From an uncultured Ignavibacteria bacterium (lineage in GTDB: Bacteria; Zixibacteria; MSB-5A5; CAIYYT01), in NCBI GenBank assembly GCA_964617645.1, contig CAZTYE010000005.1:73350-137349 (forward strand): a stretch of 64,000 nucleotides of DNA. The letters run 5' to 3'. The notes beneath the pieces are model-generated. The model saw nothing but the letters and a program-made list of their open reading frames with translations, was not told where the DNA came from and made no database searches. Positions 10,281 through 20,509 of this stretch are shown one piece after another. Each line of letters starts with the position of its first letter. The first letter of the stretch is position 1. Made by a program: the position numbers and the translations under genes.

Positions 10281-11204
10281 TTGAATGACTCCGCGAAATT
10301 GGCGATATTCTCCGTCGTGACAGATCACGCCAGAATCGTCCGCGCCGGATGGGAACTATTAGCCGGAGCTGTTTTGATCAGCTTCTCGGCGGTGTTCGTT
10401 CGCTTGGCCGGCGTTGGACCGTCAACTTCGGCATTCTACCGGATGGCTTTTGGCGGAACCCTCTTGCTCGTTGTCACGCTGACGATGGATCGTCGGTTGT
10501 GGCCGGGTTGGCGCGTTCTTGGTCTGGCCGTTCTAACCGGCGTCTTCTTCTCAGGCGATCTCTTTTTCTGGCACCGGAGTATTCTTGATGTCGGCCCGGG
10601 ACTGGCGACGATTCTCGCCAACTTTCAGGTGTTTTTTGTGACGACCTACGCGGTGTTCATGCTCAAAGAGCGTCCCAGTTGGCGCTACTACACCGCAATC
10701 CCGCTTGCGCTCGTCGGGCTGTTACTATTGGTCGGAACGCAGTGGAGCGAGGTCGGCGCACAGTACAAGCTCGGCGTCGTATTCGGTCTTATTACCGCGC
10801 AATTCTACGCGGCTTACGTGCTCACACTCCGGGGCGTGCAATCGCGCGCGAGCGAACCGTCCTCCCTTGCGGTGATCACCTTCTCATCGTTCACAACCGC
10901 GTTGATTAGCGGCGTCGTTGCGCTCGCGGTCGGGGAAAACCTGGCCATCCCGTCGGTAGCATCGGTTTCGTGGCTCGTACTTTACGGTGTCTGCGGCCAA
11001 GTGTTCGGTTGGGTGTTTATTACTCGAAGCATCCGTCATCTGCCCGCCTCGCGCGTATCATTGACGCTACTTCTGCAACCGACACTTTCATTTGTCTGGG
11101 ATATGTTGTTCTTCGATCGCCCCACCCACGTCGTCGAGTTGATTGGCGCCGGAATCGCGCTGGCGGCCATCTATCTTGGCAATTCGCGCGCACGGAGAAA
11201 GTAA
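10281..11204 (+). CDS. EamA/DMT-family transporter
   Basis: 307 aa, ~10 TM helices, duplicated EamA-like halves. Confidence 0.8.
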   Translation: MNDSAKLAIFSVVTDHARIVRAGWELLAGAVLISFSAVFVRLAGVGPSTSAFYRMAFGGTLLLVVTLTMDRRLWPGWRVLGLAVLTGVFFSGDLFFWHRSILDVGPGLATILANFQVFFVTTYAVFMLKERPSWRYYTAIPLALVGLLLLVGTQWSEVGAQYKLGVVFGLITAQFYAAYVLTLRGVQSRASEPSSLAVITFSSFTTALISGVVALAVGENLAIPSVASVSWLVLYGVCGQVFGWVFITRSIRHLPASRVSLTLLLQPTLSFVWDMLFFDRPTHVVELIGAGIALAAIYLGNSRARRK

Positions 11205-11205
11205 A

Positions 11206-12468
11206 ATGACCCTGCGCAAACCACCCGCTTCTTCGCTTACGGTCATCGCGGGGGCTTTGCTATTATTTTTCGGCGCCTGCAGCTCCGACAAGGTCACTGA
11301 TCGGAAAAATCGCGCGCCGGAGCGGCCCCATGATCCGATTCCGGCCGACGGCGCGGCCGCACAGCCGGCCACGCTGACCCTCCGCTGGCAGTCCGCTGAT
11401 CCGGACAGTGACAAAGTGACTTTCAATATCCGTCTTGACACGATCAGTCCGCCGCTTGCCCAGCCGGTTGGCTACACAACCGAGCCGTTGCTGGTTGTGA
11501 GTCTCTCGCAGGGGCGGCAGTACTACTGGCGGGTGACGGCGTTGGACGACAACGGCGGGAGTGACAACGGCCCGGTCTGGACGTTTCGCACTGGTGTATT
11601 TCACAGCGGCTGGAGTGAAGCCGCATCGATGAACGTTGCGCGTCTCGCTGCGATGGGCGACGCGCATGGCGGAAAAATCTACGTCTTCGGTGGTATCGGA
11701 TCTGACGGCGAACTGCGCAGCGCCGAATCATACGATCCGGCGACGAATGTGTGGTCTATGCTTCCCAGCATGCCATGGCCCAGATCCTACGGCGTCGCAA
11801 TCGCCGCCGGTGAGTCAATCTACTTGATCGGCGGCGGCAGCACACAAAATCCGCTCAGCCGGGTCGATCGATTCGACGTTGCCACGAATCAGTGGTACGA
11901 GGTTGCGCCGCTGCCGTCGCCGCGCTCGCGCTTCGCCGCCGCCGTGTATGGAAAGCGCATTCTTGTCTTCGGGGGTTATGAAAATGATCTCGCGATTTTG
12001 TCCTATGACACCGAGGTCAATCGCTGGGATACCGCTGGATTCTTGGCCACTTCACGTAATGGTCACAGTGTCGTCGTGGCCGAGGACTTCTTCTACATCA
12101 CCGGCGGCTCCACTGACCGGGATTTCTGGCTCGCCCGGCATGACCGTTGGGATCCGCGCGACGGCGATTTCAAGCCGCTGGCGCCGATGCCGAGTGCGCG
12201 GCGAGATCATCGCGCCGTTGCGGTCGATGGTCGCATCATCGTGACCGGCGGCTTCAACGCCATCGTCGGCCATGTATTTTTCGGCTCAGTGGAGATGTTT
12301 GATCCGAAAAGCGGTCAGTGGTATACGCGCAGTACCATGACTACTCCGCGCCACGATCATGTTGCGGTAGCGCTGGGCGGCAAAGTGTACTGCATTGGCG
12401 GCCTTGCCGAACGGGCGCCGGATGTACTCAGTTCGGTCGAAGTTTACGAACCGGCTGCCGACCAGTGA
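11206..12468 (+). CDS. Kelch-repeat beta-propeller lipoprotein with an N-terminal FN3-like domain
   Basis: ATG at 11206 lies right after the EamA stop. Lipobox LLFFGAC. Repeated Kelch motifs (IYVFGGIGSDGELRSAESYDPATNVWS, IYLIGGG..., ILVFGGYEND...). Confidence 0.75.
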   Translation: MTLRKPPASSLTVIAGALLLFFGACSSDKVTDRKNRAPERPHDPIPADGAAAQPATLTLRWQSADPDSDKVTFNIRLDTISPPLAQPVGYTTEPLLVVSLSQGRQYYWRVTALDDNGGSDNGPVWTFRTGVFHSGWSEAASMNVARLAAMGDAHGGKIYVFGGIGSDGELRSAESYDPATNVWSMLPSMPWPRSYGVAIAAGESIYLIGGGSTQNPLSRVDRFDVATNQWYEVAPLPSPRSRFAAAVYGKRILVFGGYENDLAILSYDTEVNRWDTAGFLATSRNGHSVVVAEDFFYITGGSTDRDFWLARHDRWDPRDGDFKPLAPMPSARRDHRAVAVDGRIIVTGGFNAIVGHVFFGSVEMFDPKSGQWYTRSTMTTPRHDHVAVALGGKVYCIGGLAERAPDVLSSVEVYEPAADQ

Positions 12469-12549
12469 GGAAGTCCGCAAGGAGCGAGATTGACGAAAAT
12501 TCCAAAGAATGTGATTGCCGGCGAACGCCATCTTCTGCAACATCGGTCC

Positions 12550-13176
12550 ATGAAGAAGTTTGACTGGTCTGAAGCCGAGGCCCATCTCGAGAAGGTCGAT
12601 CCGAAACTGGGACGCATTATTGCCGAGAACGGCTGCTCGCAACTTAAGCGCTCGCGCGGCGGCTTTGAGTTCCTCGCCCGCTCAATCGTGTTCCAACAGC
12701 TTTCGCTCAAAGCGGCGGCGACGATCTTCGGTCGGCTAACCGCCGCTTGCGGTGGCAAACTCACGGCTGACTCAGTCGCAATGCTAACCGACACCCAATT
12801 TCGAAGCGCCGGAGTCTCACGGCAGAAAGCCAACTATCTTCGAGATCTCGCGCGCCATTCGCTTGACAAGACGCTGCCCATCGCAAAACTGTCGCGCTGG
12901 CCGGATGAGCGCGTGCGCGAAGCGCTAACCCAAGTGAAAGGTATCGGTGTCTGGACGGCGGATATGTATCTCATGTTCGTGCTGAACCGACCAGATGTGC
13001 TGCCGTCGCTCGATCAGGGAATTCGCATTGCGATTCAACTTCTCTACAAGACGCCAGTCCAAAAAATCGACTGGGAGCGGCTGAGACGCCGCTGGTCGCC
13101 CTACTGCACGATCGCTTGTTGGCACTTGTGGCATTACAAGGGCCGCATGAAGCAGCAAAAGCGCAGGCAGGCGTAG
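12550..13176 (+). CDS. DNA-3-methyladenine glycosylase II, HhH-GPD superfamily
   Basis: Helix-hairpin-helix with GIGVWTADMYLMF and a catalytic Asp region. The start at the internal ATG is uncertain; the ORF opens at a TTG at 12490. Confidence 0.7.
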   Translation: MKKFDWSEAEAHLEKVDPKLGRIIAENGCSQLKRSRGGFEFLARSIVFQQLSLKAAATIFGRLTAACGGKLTADSVAMLTDTQFRSAGVSRQKANYLRDLARHSLDKTLPIAKLSRWPDERVREALTQVKGIGVWTADMYLMFVLNRPDVLPSLDQGIRIAIQLLYKTPVQKIDWERLRRRWSPYCTIACWHLWHYKGRMKQQKRRQA

Positions 13177-13264
13177 TAGCGCGGGCTTCTCAGGCTCCGA
13201 CCCAATCAGCCTCACCAGAAATTATTGTTGGCGGGATCAACTCTCATCGTCATCTTTTCACGCG

Positions 13265-13990
13265 ATGAAACGAGCTATCGTCACCGGCGCCTCCGCAGGA
13301 ATCGGTTGGTCACTCTGCCTTCGTCTTGCAGATGCCGGCTATCTCGTGGGCGCGATGGCCCGTCGTGCCGACCGACTCGCCGAGCTTGCGGCGCTACGGC
13401 CCGGCAAGATAATAGCACATGCTTGCGATATGCTGCACCATGATCACTTGGTTGATAATCTCAATGCTTTGGCGGCGAAACTCGGCGGTATGGATTTGAT
13501 GATCGCCAATGCCGGTGTCGGGCGACGCAATCCCGAGTTGCTTATCGAGCCGGAACTGGAAACTATCGGTGTTAACGTGACGGCGTTCGTCATCTGCCTG
13601 GATTGGGCTGCGGCGCGCTTTCGCGCGCAGGGACGCGGCCATCTCGTTGGTATCTCATCGGTGGCCGCCTTCTGGGGCAATGGCCGTAATCCGGCATACA
13701 ATGCGTCCAAAGCGTTCGATCTGCGTTACCTTCAGGGATTAAATTCGAATCTTCGACCGCAGGGAATTATCGTTACCGACATTCGCCCCGGCTTTATCGC
13801 CACAGAAATGACTGCCGGGCGCGACGACATGTTCTGGGTGGCGAAACCCGAGAAAGCTGCCGATCAGATTTATCGGGCCATCAAAAGCCGCAAGCGGGTG
13901 GCCTATATCACACGGCGTTGGCGGTTTATGGCCTGGATGATGCGCTTAATGCCGTATCACTTGTATCGATACTGGACAGTGCAAGATTAG
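13265..13990 (+). CDS. SDR family oxidoreductase
   Basis: 241 aa. TGASAGIG motif, NAG, and a YNASK active site. Confidence 0.8.
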   Translation: MKRAIVTGASAGIGWSLCLRLADAGYLVGAMARRADRLAELAALRPGKIIAHACDMLHHDHLVDNLNALAAKLGGMDLMIANAGVGRRNPELLIEPELETIGVNVTAFVICLDWAAARFRAQGRGHLVGISSVAAFWGNGRNPAYNASKAFDLRYLQGLNSNLRPQGIIVTDIRPGFIATEMTAGRDDMFWVAKPEKAADQIYRAIKSRKRVAYITRRWRFMAWMMRLMPYHLYRYWTVQD

Positions 13991-14017
13991 CAATCTGAAT
14001 ATACGAAAGGACGAAAC

Positions 14018-14305
14018 ATGGCGACCTACATCATACTCAGTAAACTCGGTCCGCACGCGTTTGAGTCACCCGACGGCCTCAAAGGGCTGGCGCAACAAGT
14101 TCGCGCCAAGCTGGAGCGGGAGTGCCCCAAAGCGCGCTGGGTGAAGAGCTACGGATGCATGGGGAGTTATGACGTTGTCGATATCGTCGAATCGGACGAT
14201 CCGCAGCAAATTGAGAAGGCGGTGATGATCATCCGCGCACTCGGACGGTCAACGACCGAGACACTGCTGGCGACACCCTGGGAGGACTTCCTCAAGGCGT
14301 TGTAG
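14018..14305 (+). CDS. GYD domain protein
   Basis: 95 aa, typical GYD-family size and sequence (YIILSKLGPHAF...GSYDVVDIVESDD). Confidence 0.7.
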   Translation: MATYIILSKLGPHAFESPDGLKGLAQQVRAKLERECPKARWVKSYGCMGSYDVVDIVESDDPQQIEKAVMIIRALGRSTTETLLATPWEDFLKAL

Positions 14306-14363
14306 CCAGCCAAGATCCTGTTGACATCGATACTCGAATTGATACTTCGGCTTTGCAATCCTT

Positions 14364-14394
14364 GGATTTGTAGCTCAGTTGGTTAGAGCTCGCG
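14364..14394 (+). other. Inverted partial copy of the tRNA-Ile 5' half (acceptor + D-arm), not a complete tRNA
   Basis: GGATTTGTAGCTCAGTTGGTTAGAGCTCGCG on the + strand, against GGGCTCGTAGCTCAGTTGGTTAGAGCGCGCG in the minus-strand tRNA-Ile. The following 11-bp-stem hairpin (14391..14417) is not an anticodon arm. Confidence 0.6.
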
Positions 14395-14554
14395 TCCCGA
14401 CCTTTGGTCGGGACGCGCGCAGCGTCATCAGACGGGGAATCTTCAAATGGGTTCGGGCAGAGTTGCGCTGCCGATCCCGACCTTTGGTCGGGATGCACAC
14501 AGCGTCATCAGGCCGGGAAATTTCAAATGGGCTCGGGCAGAGTTGAACTGCCGA
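14395..14554. repeat. Two tandem 80-bp units; each is a copy of the tRNA-Ile 3' end (T-arm + acceptor) plus ~53 nt of its 3' flank
   Basis: Units 14395..14474 and 14475..14554 align base for base: TCCCGACCTTTGGTCGGGA...CAAATGGG(T/C)TCGGGCAGAGTTG(CG/AA)CTGCCGA. The second unit supplies the real tRNA 3' end. Confidence 0.75.
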
Positions 14555-14601
14555 CCTCGCGCTTATCAGGCGCGCGCTCTAACCAACTGAGCTACGAGCC
14601 C
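14528..14601 (-). tRNA. tRNA-Ile (anticodon GAT)
   Basis: The reverse complement folds as a cloverleaf: acceptor GGGCTCG/CGAGCCC, D-arm GCTCAGTTGGTTAGAGC, anticodon stem CGCGC/GCGCG with loop CTGATAA, T-arm GGCAGTTCAACTCTGCC. Confidence 0.85.
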
Positions 14602-14893
14602 AGGAATAGGGAATGCCAAAGTACCAATCGACTTGAACTTGTCAATAAGATTTTCCTCGTTCCTGAAAGGCAAAGCCGGCGAATCTCATCGATCCACCGG
14701 CTTGTTGGGTGAGTGGAGGGATTATGACCAAACCCGCAATAGGGGGTAATCAGGGTAAAAGCTCTCGCGGCTAATCTGACTAATGGAGCAACTGAACTTG
14801 AGCCGCTTAGTCGCCTTTACACTGGGGAAGACGCACCGCCGGAAATGGTGTTTAATCCGTTCGCGAAAAATCTGGGTTTCGTATATTCGAGTC

Positions 14894-15733
14894 ATGCACA
14901 CCCGCGCTGCACAATTCGCCGGGAGCTTCTACACTAATAGCTCGTCGCGCCTCCGATCCGAGGTAGATTCGCTGCTCGCCGCGAATCCAGATGTCGGCAG
15001 CGAACGGCCTTACGGCATAATCGCACCCCATGCGGGTTACATGTACTCCGGCGCCTGTGCCGCCTTGGCCTATGCTCGATTGCGCCGGCACCGCGACAGC
15101 TACACTTCTGTTGTTGTGATTTCACCGTCGCACCGGGTTGGTTTCGATTTCGGATCGATATTCCACGGTGATGCCTACTCGACTCCGTTAGGCGCAATCG
15201 AAGTCGATACCGACCTGCGTACTAAGCTGGCTACCTATGACGGCTTGCGCGTCTCCGATTTGGGGCACTCCGAAGGTCGACTCGCCGAGCATTCTCTCGA
15301 AGTGCAATTGCCGTTTCTTCAGGTCGTCCTTGGAGACTTCAAGCTGATGCCAATCGTCATGGGCGAGCAGTCGCGGGATGCTGCAGCGGAGATTGCCGAA
15401 GCATTGTCGGGAGCTGTCGACATCACCTCGACGCTGCTCGTCGCCAGCTCCGACCTGTCCCACTTTCACTCGGCCGACCGCGCCGAGCGACTCGACCATC
15501 GAATCGTCGAAGCCATAAGTCGCTTTGACCCGCAATCGTTGCTCGACCTGATCGATTCCGGCCGTGCCGAAGCCTGCGGTTTTGGTCCAATGGCCGCCGT
15601 CTTGATAGCGTGTCAGCGACTCGGCGCAACCAAATGCGCGGTCGTCGATTACCGGCACTCTGGTCAGGTCACAGGCGACGCCGATGAAGTTGTCGGATAT
15701 CTTGCCGCTGTCATCACCGAGAATCGCAACTAA
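14894..15733 (+). CDS. MEMO1-family protein (AmmeMemoRadiSam system protein B homologue)
   Basis: The internal ATG at 14894 gives an N-terminus AAQFAGSFY. Conserved GIIAPHAGYMYSG and VVVISPSHR motifs. Confidence 0.8.
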   Translation: MHTRAAQFAGSFYTNSSSRLRSEVDSLLAANPDVGSERPYGIIAPHAGYMYSGACAALAYARLRRHRDSYTSVVVISPSHRVGFDFGSIFHGDAYSTPLGAIEVDTDLRTKLATYDGLRVSDLGHSEGRLAEHSLEVQLPFLQVVLGDFKLMPIVMGEQSRDAAAEIAEALSGAVDITSTLLVASSDLSHFHSADRAERLDHRIVEAISRFDPQSLLDLIDSGRAEACGFGPMAAVLIACQRLGATKCAVVDYRHSGQVTGDADEVVGYLAAVITENRN

Positions 15734-15863
15734 ATCGCCATTTTGGATACGCAACGCGACGCATTTGACATCGAGAATTGCCCGATCAAATACTTGACAA
15801 AACTACCCCAATACCGACATTGCGAGCAGTTTGACAATCAGGTTCTTCAGCAGGGAAGGTACT

Positions 15864-18197
15864 ATGTCCGCTCGTTTTGCTCCTCGGCAGTGGTGGATTG
15901 CCACGGCGCTTCTCGTCTCTTTCGCCCTAATTTCATGTTCATCCGACAGCAACGGCCCCGACAATCCGCCACCTGGTCCCACCGTGGTCGATCAAGTGAA
16001 GGCTACGATTTCCACGGCCGGGGGTGCGCTGCAACTCAAGAACGGCATCAGCCTTGCCTTTCCCAACGGCAGCGTCACGAAGTCAACGAATGTTGTGCTC
16101 ACTCAGTACGCAAATGACGACTTGTTCAATGATCCGTCACAAGTCGTGCTTGGACTCGAAATGGACGGCGCCGCATCGGCAGCACACTTCAAAGTTCCAC
16201 TCAAAAATGCTGAGACCCCCGAATTGCTCGGCGCCGCCAAGAGAAGCGCTGATGGCATGCGGCTTACTTATCTCACGCACACCTCTAACAGCGCAGGCGA
16301 CACCTGCGCCGTCGATCTGGCTTCCAGCCAAGGGTTGTCATTAGGTGCCACCCAAAACGTTAGTAGCGGCACTTATGTTATTGAGGCCGGCAGCCCGATC
16401 ACACTATCGACCAACAGCAAGGAAATCGCGATCCAATATTACGAACAGGACGGCGGCAATTGCTGGGCAGCCTGCTGGTTGTTATGGATGCGCGCCTACG
16501 AGAAGCTTCTCGCACGAGATGAAGTTCACGAGTTATTGGCTTTCATGGACATCGAGAAAGATAGCGGCCTGAATTGGCGTAAGACCGGCCAGTTGAAAAC
16601 CAAGACGAAGGAACTGACCCGACTCGATCCGGTCAAGAACACGTGGATCAGCTACTCGAATTTTGTCAACTACGTTGTGTCCTCGATCAATGCCGACAAA
16701 CCGGTGATGGTCAACCTAATTTCCCACCAAGGCGTCTTCGTCGGTTATGACATTCAAAACCCGGGTCCGAGCCAGACAGTAACGCTGATCTATCATGATC
16801 CCCAAAACAGCGCCACGCAAACACCTTACCGTCGAGTCACGCCTGCACAACTCAAAACCCAATTCTGGGATCAGCCGCAATGGGATATGGCCATCAGCAA
16901 CTACTTCGCCACTCTGGCTATGCCGACGGCGCTGCCGTCGCCGCAGGAACTACAGACAATTGAAATGATGGACATTCAGGCCGGTGGCAGCGTCAGTGGT
17001 ATGGAGAAGGGTGTTGCGTTTGCGCGCGGAAATTTCATCGTCGATGGTGTCTATTGGGACCACACGTTTCCCCGTGGATATCGCTTCGAGGTTCCGGCCA
17101 AAGTGATGCGCCGCATCGATCGCATTCACTACGATTCGCTTCCGGTCTGGAACATGGCGTCAAGCGCGGCTCCGGTAACCGTCGACTTGAGCCTGCATGT
17201 CGAAGACAATGGCGTCCCGCTTGATCCGCCGGTCTCAACAGCATCCGTCAGTGTAGTCGCCCCGCCGCGGGGAAACAAAGTTTTTAATGCCGACTTGCGT
17301 GTGGATCATTTGTTGCCGCAATTCGAGCTGTCCGACACGCTGTTCGTCGCCAAAGCTATCCTCAAAGATCAAGCCGGTACCGAGCTTGACGACTTTGATA
17401 TCCGCTTCAAGTATGTGCCGTTGCGCCTCGATGCGCTCACACCGACAAGCGGACAGGCCGGAGATCAGATTTTCCTCACCGGCATCGGCTTCGGCAACCA
17501 ACCGGGCAAAGTCGAATTCACCCAGAGCCAGCAGGCGGAAATCGTCAGTTGGAATCCGGGGCAGATCAAAGTCAAAGTTCCCGCCGCAGCCGCCGGCGGC
17601 CCGGTTGTGGTTATCATCGATGACGATACTTCCAACGCCATTAGCTTCTCGGTCGCCGGCTTCGTTGATAAAGTTCGTAGCTGTAGCTGGGATCAACTGT
17701 CGATCCAGGGTGTCTTCGAGTACTCTAATAGTCAGGTCGGCTACTCCGTTTTCGACCCGGTCTACGGCTACGACTATCCGCTCAGGTGGAACGGCATGAT
17801 CGCGCAAAAAGAGTTTCGCCACGGAGCCGACAGCGAGTCCGAATCGCTCTTCGTCAAGATTGAACTGGAACCAGGCGGACAGAAATTAAAATCCGTAATC
17901 GGCTACTTGCTTCGCGAGCAAATAAGTGAAGGAAAAGTCCGCGAACGCACGACAACAACTGTCACACTGAGCAATCTACCGTTCAGCTTCATAGATGAAG
18001 ACGCCGGCAACATCATCATCATTTACGAGTTAAGTGGCGCCGCTGTCGCCGGAGCCGCTCCGGTGATGAGCCGAATAAAGACCGACTACAACGAGCAGGG
18101 CCAAGTAACCGGGACGACGGTGTTAACCCGAAGTATCTTTACTGATCCGGCGCACAACGGCCGGATCCAATTCTGGTTGCACAAGATCAAGCCTTAG
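15864..18197 (+). CDS. Large lipoprotein with a papain-like (C1-type) cysteine peptidase domain followed by an IPT/TIG domain
   Basis: ATG at 15864 with a GGGAAGG ribosome-binding site. Lipobox LISC. YEQDGGNCWAACW resembles papain Q..CGSCWAF, and SHQGVFVGYD resembles the His motif. IPT/TIG-like LTPTSGQAGDQIFLTGIGFG...VVVIIDDD. Confidence 0.55.
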   Translation: MSARFAPRQWWIATALLVSFALISCSSDSNGPDNPPPGPTVVDQVKATISTAGGALQLKNGISLAFPNGSVTKSTNVVLTQYANDDLFNDPSQVVLGLEMDGAASAAHFKVPLKNAETPELLGAAKRSADGMRLTYLTHTSNSAGDTCAVDLASSQGLSLGATQNVSSGTYVIEAGSPITLSTNSKEIAIQYYEQDGGNCWAACWLLWMRAYEKLLARDEVHELLAFMDIEKDSGLNWRKTGQLKTKTKELTRLDPVKNTWISYSNFVNYVVSSINADKPVMVNLISHQGVFVGYDIQNPGPSQTVTLIYHDPQNSATQTPYRRVTPAQLKTQFWDQPQWDMAISNYFATLAMPTALPSPQELQTIEMMDIQAGGSVSGMEKGVAFARGNFIVDGVYWDHTFPRGYRFEVPAKVMRRIDRIHYDSLPVWNMASSAAPVTVDLSLHVEDNGVPLDPPVSTASVSVVAPPRGNKVFNADLRVDHLLPQFELSDTLFVAKAILKDQAGTELDDFDIRFKYVPLRLDALTPTSGQAGDQIFLTGIGFGNQPGKVEFTQSQQAEIVSWNPGQIKVKVPAAAAGGPVVVIIDDDTSNAISFSVAGFVDKVRSCSWDQLSIQGVFEYSNSQVGYSVFDPVYGYDYPLRWNGMIAQKEFRHGADSESESLFVKIELEPGGQKLKSVIGYLLREQISEGKVRERTTTTVTLSNLPFSFIDEDAGNIIIIYELSGAAVAGAAPVMSRIKTDYNEQGQVTGTTVLTRSIFTDPAHNGRIQFWLHKIKP

Positions 18198-18370
18198 AAA
18201 GAGCGCATTATTCGTGGTGTAGTTCCGGCAAGTCAAGTGCGACGACGCAGATTCCCATATGTGTTGAAGGACAAGAAAAGTCCGGGATATCCGCATGTAG
18301 CTATTGGACAACAACCTCGCAGCCGGGCGCCGGCTTCTACATTTTCCCGAAAATTTTCCGAAAATTCCTA

Positions 18371-18398
18371 TTGACAGCCGAACCGCGCCGTATATATT
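18371..18398 (+). promoter_or_regulatory. Sigma70-like promoter for the tRNA-Ala–23S–5S unit
   Basis: TTGACA (18371..18376), 16-nt spacer, TATATT (18393..18398). Upstream is an AT-rich tract with repeated CCGAAAATT, which looks like an UP element. Confidence 0.45.
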
Positions 18399-18538
18399 GC
18401 GCGTCGCTGTTTGAGGGCGTACGGAAAGTCGACTTCGCAGAAAGCGCGAAGCGATTTTTTTTCGATACCAGATTCATACTCGGCGGGGCGACGGGAACAG
18501 GTATCCTCAGGCAGAAATATGGCAGTCTTCGATTTTTC

Positions 18539-18611
18539 GGGGATGTAGCTCAGTTGGGAGAGCGGCGGCTTTGCAAGCCGTAGGTCGTCGGTTCGAACCC
18601 GATCATCTCCA
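18539..18611 (+). tRNA. tRNA-Ala (anticodon TGC)
   Basis: 73-nt cloverleaf: acceptor GGGGATG/CATCTCC with G3:U70, anticodon loop TTTGCAA, T-loop TTCGAAC. Confidence 0.9.
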
Positions 18612-19300
18612 GGACGAGTAAGACCGTAAGGTCTTCAGATAGATGTGACAAGCTTGTTTCCCGCGTCGTCGGGAAAGTCACGATCTTTGACAACTAAATA
18701 TCAGAGCCGATGCGGATCGAAACCAGCGTGACTACAGAGATCGAGCTTTTAGGATTTCGATCAAGTTAATAAGAGCATACGGCGGATGCCTTGGCATCAA
18801 GAGGCGATGAAGGACGTGGTAAGCTGCGATAAGCCTCGACTAGGAGCAAACATCCTTTGAGTCGGGGATTTCCGAATGGGGCAACCCAGTGCCGCGAAAG
18901 CGGTATCTATCGCATACTGAATTCATAGGTATGCGAGGCGAACGGGGAGAACTGAAACATCTCAGTACCCCCAGGAAGAGAAAACAACCGTGATTTCCTG
19001 AGTAGCGGCGAGCGAAAGGGAAAGAGCCTAAACCGACGGGTACGTTAAAGCGGATACGCGTTGTACCTTCGGTGTAGCGGGGTCTGTTCGGACCGAAGTG
19101 TCCATAGGTCGGTAAGTCAAAAACCGTTTGTTTAGTCGAATACGCCTGGAAAGGCAAACCAGAGACGGTGACAGTCCGGTAGACGAAAAACAAACGACTT
19201 ACTCGAATGGATTCCCAAGTAACTCGGAGCACGAGAAATTCTGAGTGAATCTGTCGAGACCACTCGATAAGGCTAAATACTCCTTGATGACCGATAGTGA

Positions 19301-19332
<32 letters not shown>

Positions 19333-20475
19333 GCTGACGCGGAGTGAAATAGTACCTGAAACCGTGTGCTTACAAGCTGTGGGAGGAAGAGATGTCCTTC
19401 GGGATGTCTGGACTGACCGCGTGCCTATTGAATAATGACCTAGCGAGTTACTCCTCGGTTGCAAGGTTAAGGCAAACACTGCCGGAGCCGTAGCGAAAGC
19501 GAGTCTTAAACGGGCGTTTAGTAGCCGGGGGTAGACCCGAAGCCAGTTGATCTATGCATGGCCAGGATGAAAGGCCGGTAAAACGGTCTGGAGGTCCGAA
19601 CTCACCGCTGTTGAAAAGGCGGGGGATGAGCTGTGCATAGGGGTGAAAGGCCAATCAAAACTGGAAATAGCTGGTTCTCCCCGAAATAGCTTTAGGGCTA
19701 GCCTCGTGTTAAAGTGTGACGGAGGTAGAGCACTGAATTGGCTAGGGGGCCTACAAGCCTACCGAACCGAATCAAACTCCGAATGCCGTCGACATGTTCC
19801 ACGGGAGATAGTCTACGAGGGATAAGCTTCGTAGGCGAAAGGGAAACACCCCAGACCGCCGGCTAAGGTCCCTAATCAGAGCTAAGTGACAAAGGATGTG
19901 GAATTACTGAAACAGCTAGGATGTTGGCTTAGAAGCAGCCATTCATTTAAAGAGTGCGTAATAGCTCACTAGTCTAGTGATTCTGCGCCGATAATAAACG
20001 GGACTAAGCTTTGCACCGAAGCCGCGGACTTCCTGCCGCAAGGCAGGATTTGGTAGGGGAGCATTCTGTTGTAGTGCGAAGGTGTCGCGACAAGCGATGC
20101 TGGACGAATCAGAAGAGATTATGCTAGGACGAGTAGCGATAAAACAGGCGAGAAACCTGTTCACCGTAAACCTAAGGGTTCCTGAGGAAGGTTAATCCGC
20201 TCAGGGTTAGTCGGATCCTAAGTTCAGGCCGAAAGGCGTAGATGATGGAAAGCAGGTCAATATTCCTGCACCAGGTGTGAAGCGTTTGAGCTATGGGGTG
20301 ACGCAGTCGTGAAAGAGCAGCCGGCCGATGGATGCCGGTCCAAGCAGGTAGGCGGATCGCACAGGAAAATCCGTGCGGTCAACGCCGAGATGTGACGGGG
20401 AAATGAGTCTTCGGACAAACCAACTGCTCCTAATCATACTGCCGAGAAAAACCTCTCTGCAAGCAACACATCTGT

Positions 20476-20509
<34 letters not shown>

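Noticed and set aside
14364-14440. Possible second tRNA on the + strand starting GGATTTGTAGCTCAGTTGGTTAGAGC
   Set aside because: After the D-arm the sequence forms an 11-bp-stem, 5-nt-loop hairpin rather than an anticodon arm, and no T-arm or acceptor 3' strand follows. I interpret it as an inverted fragment of tRNA-Ile.
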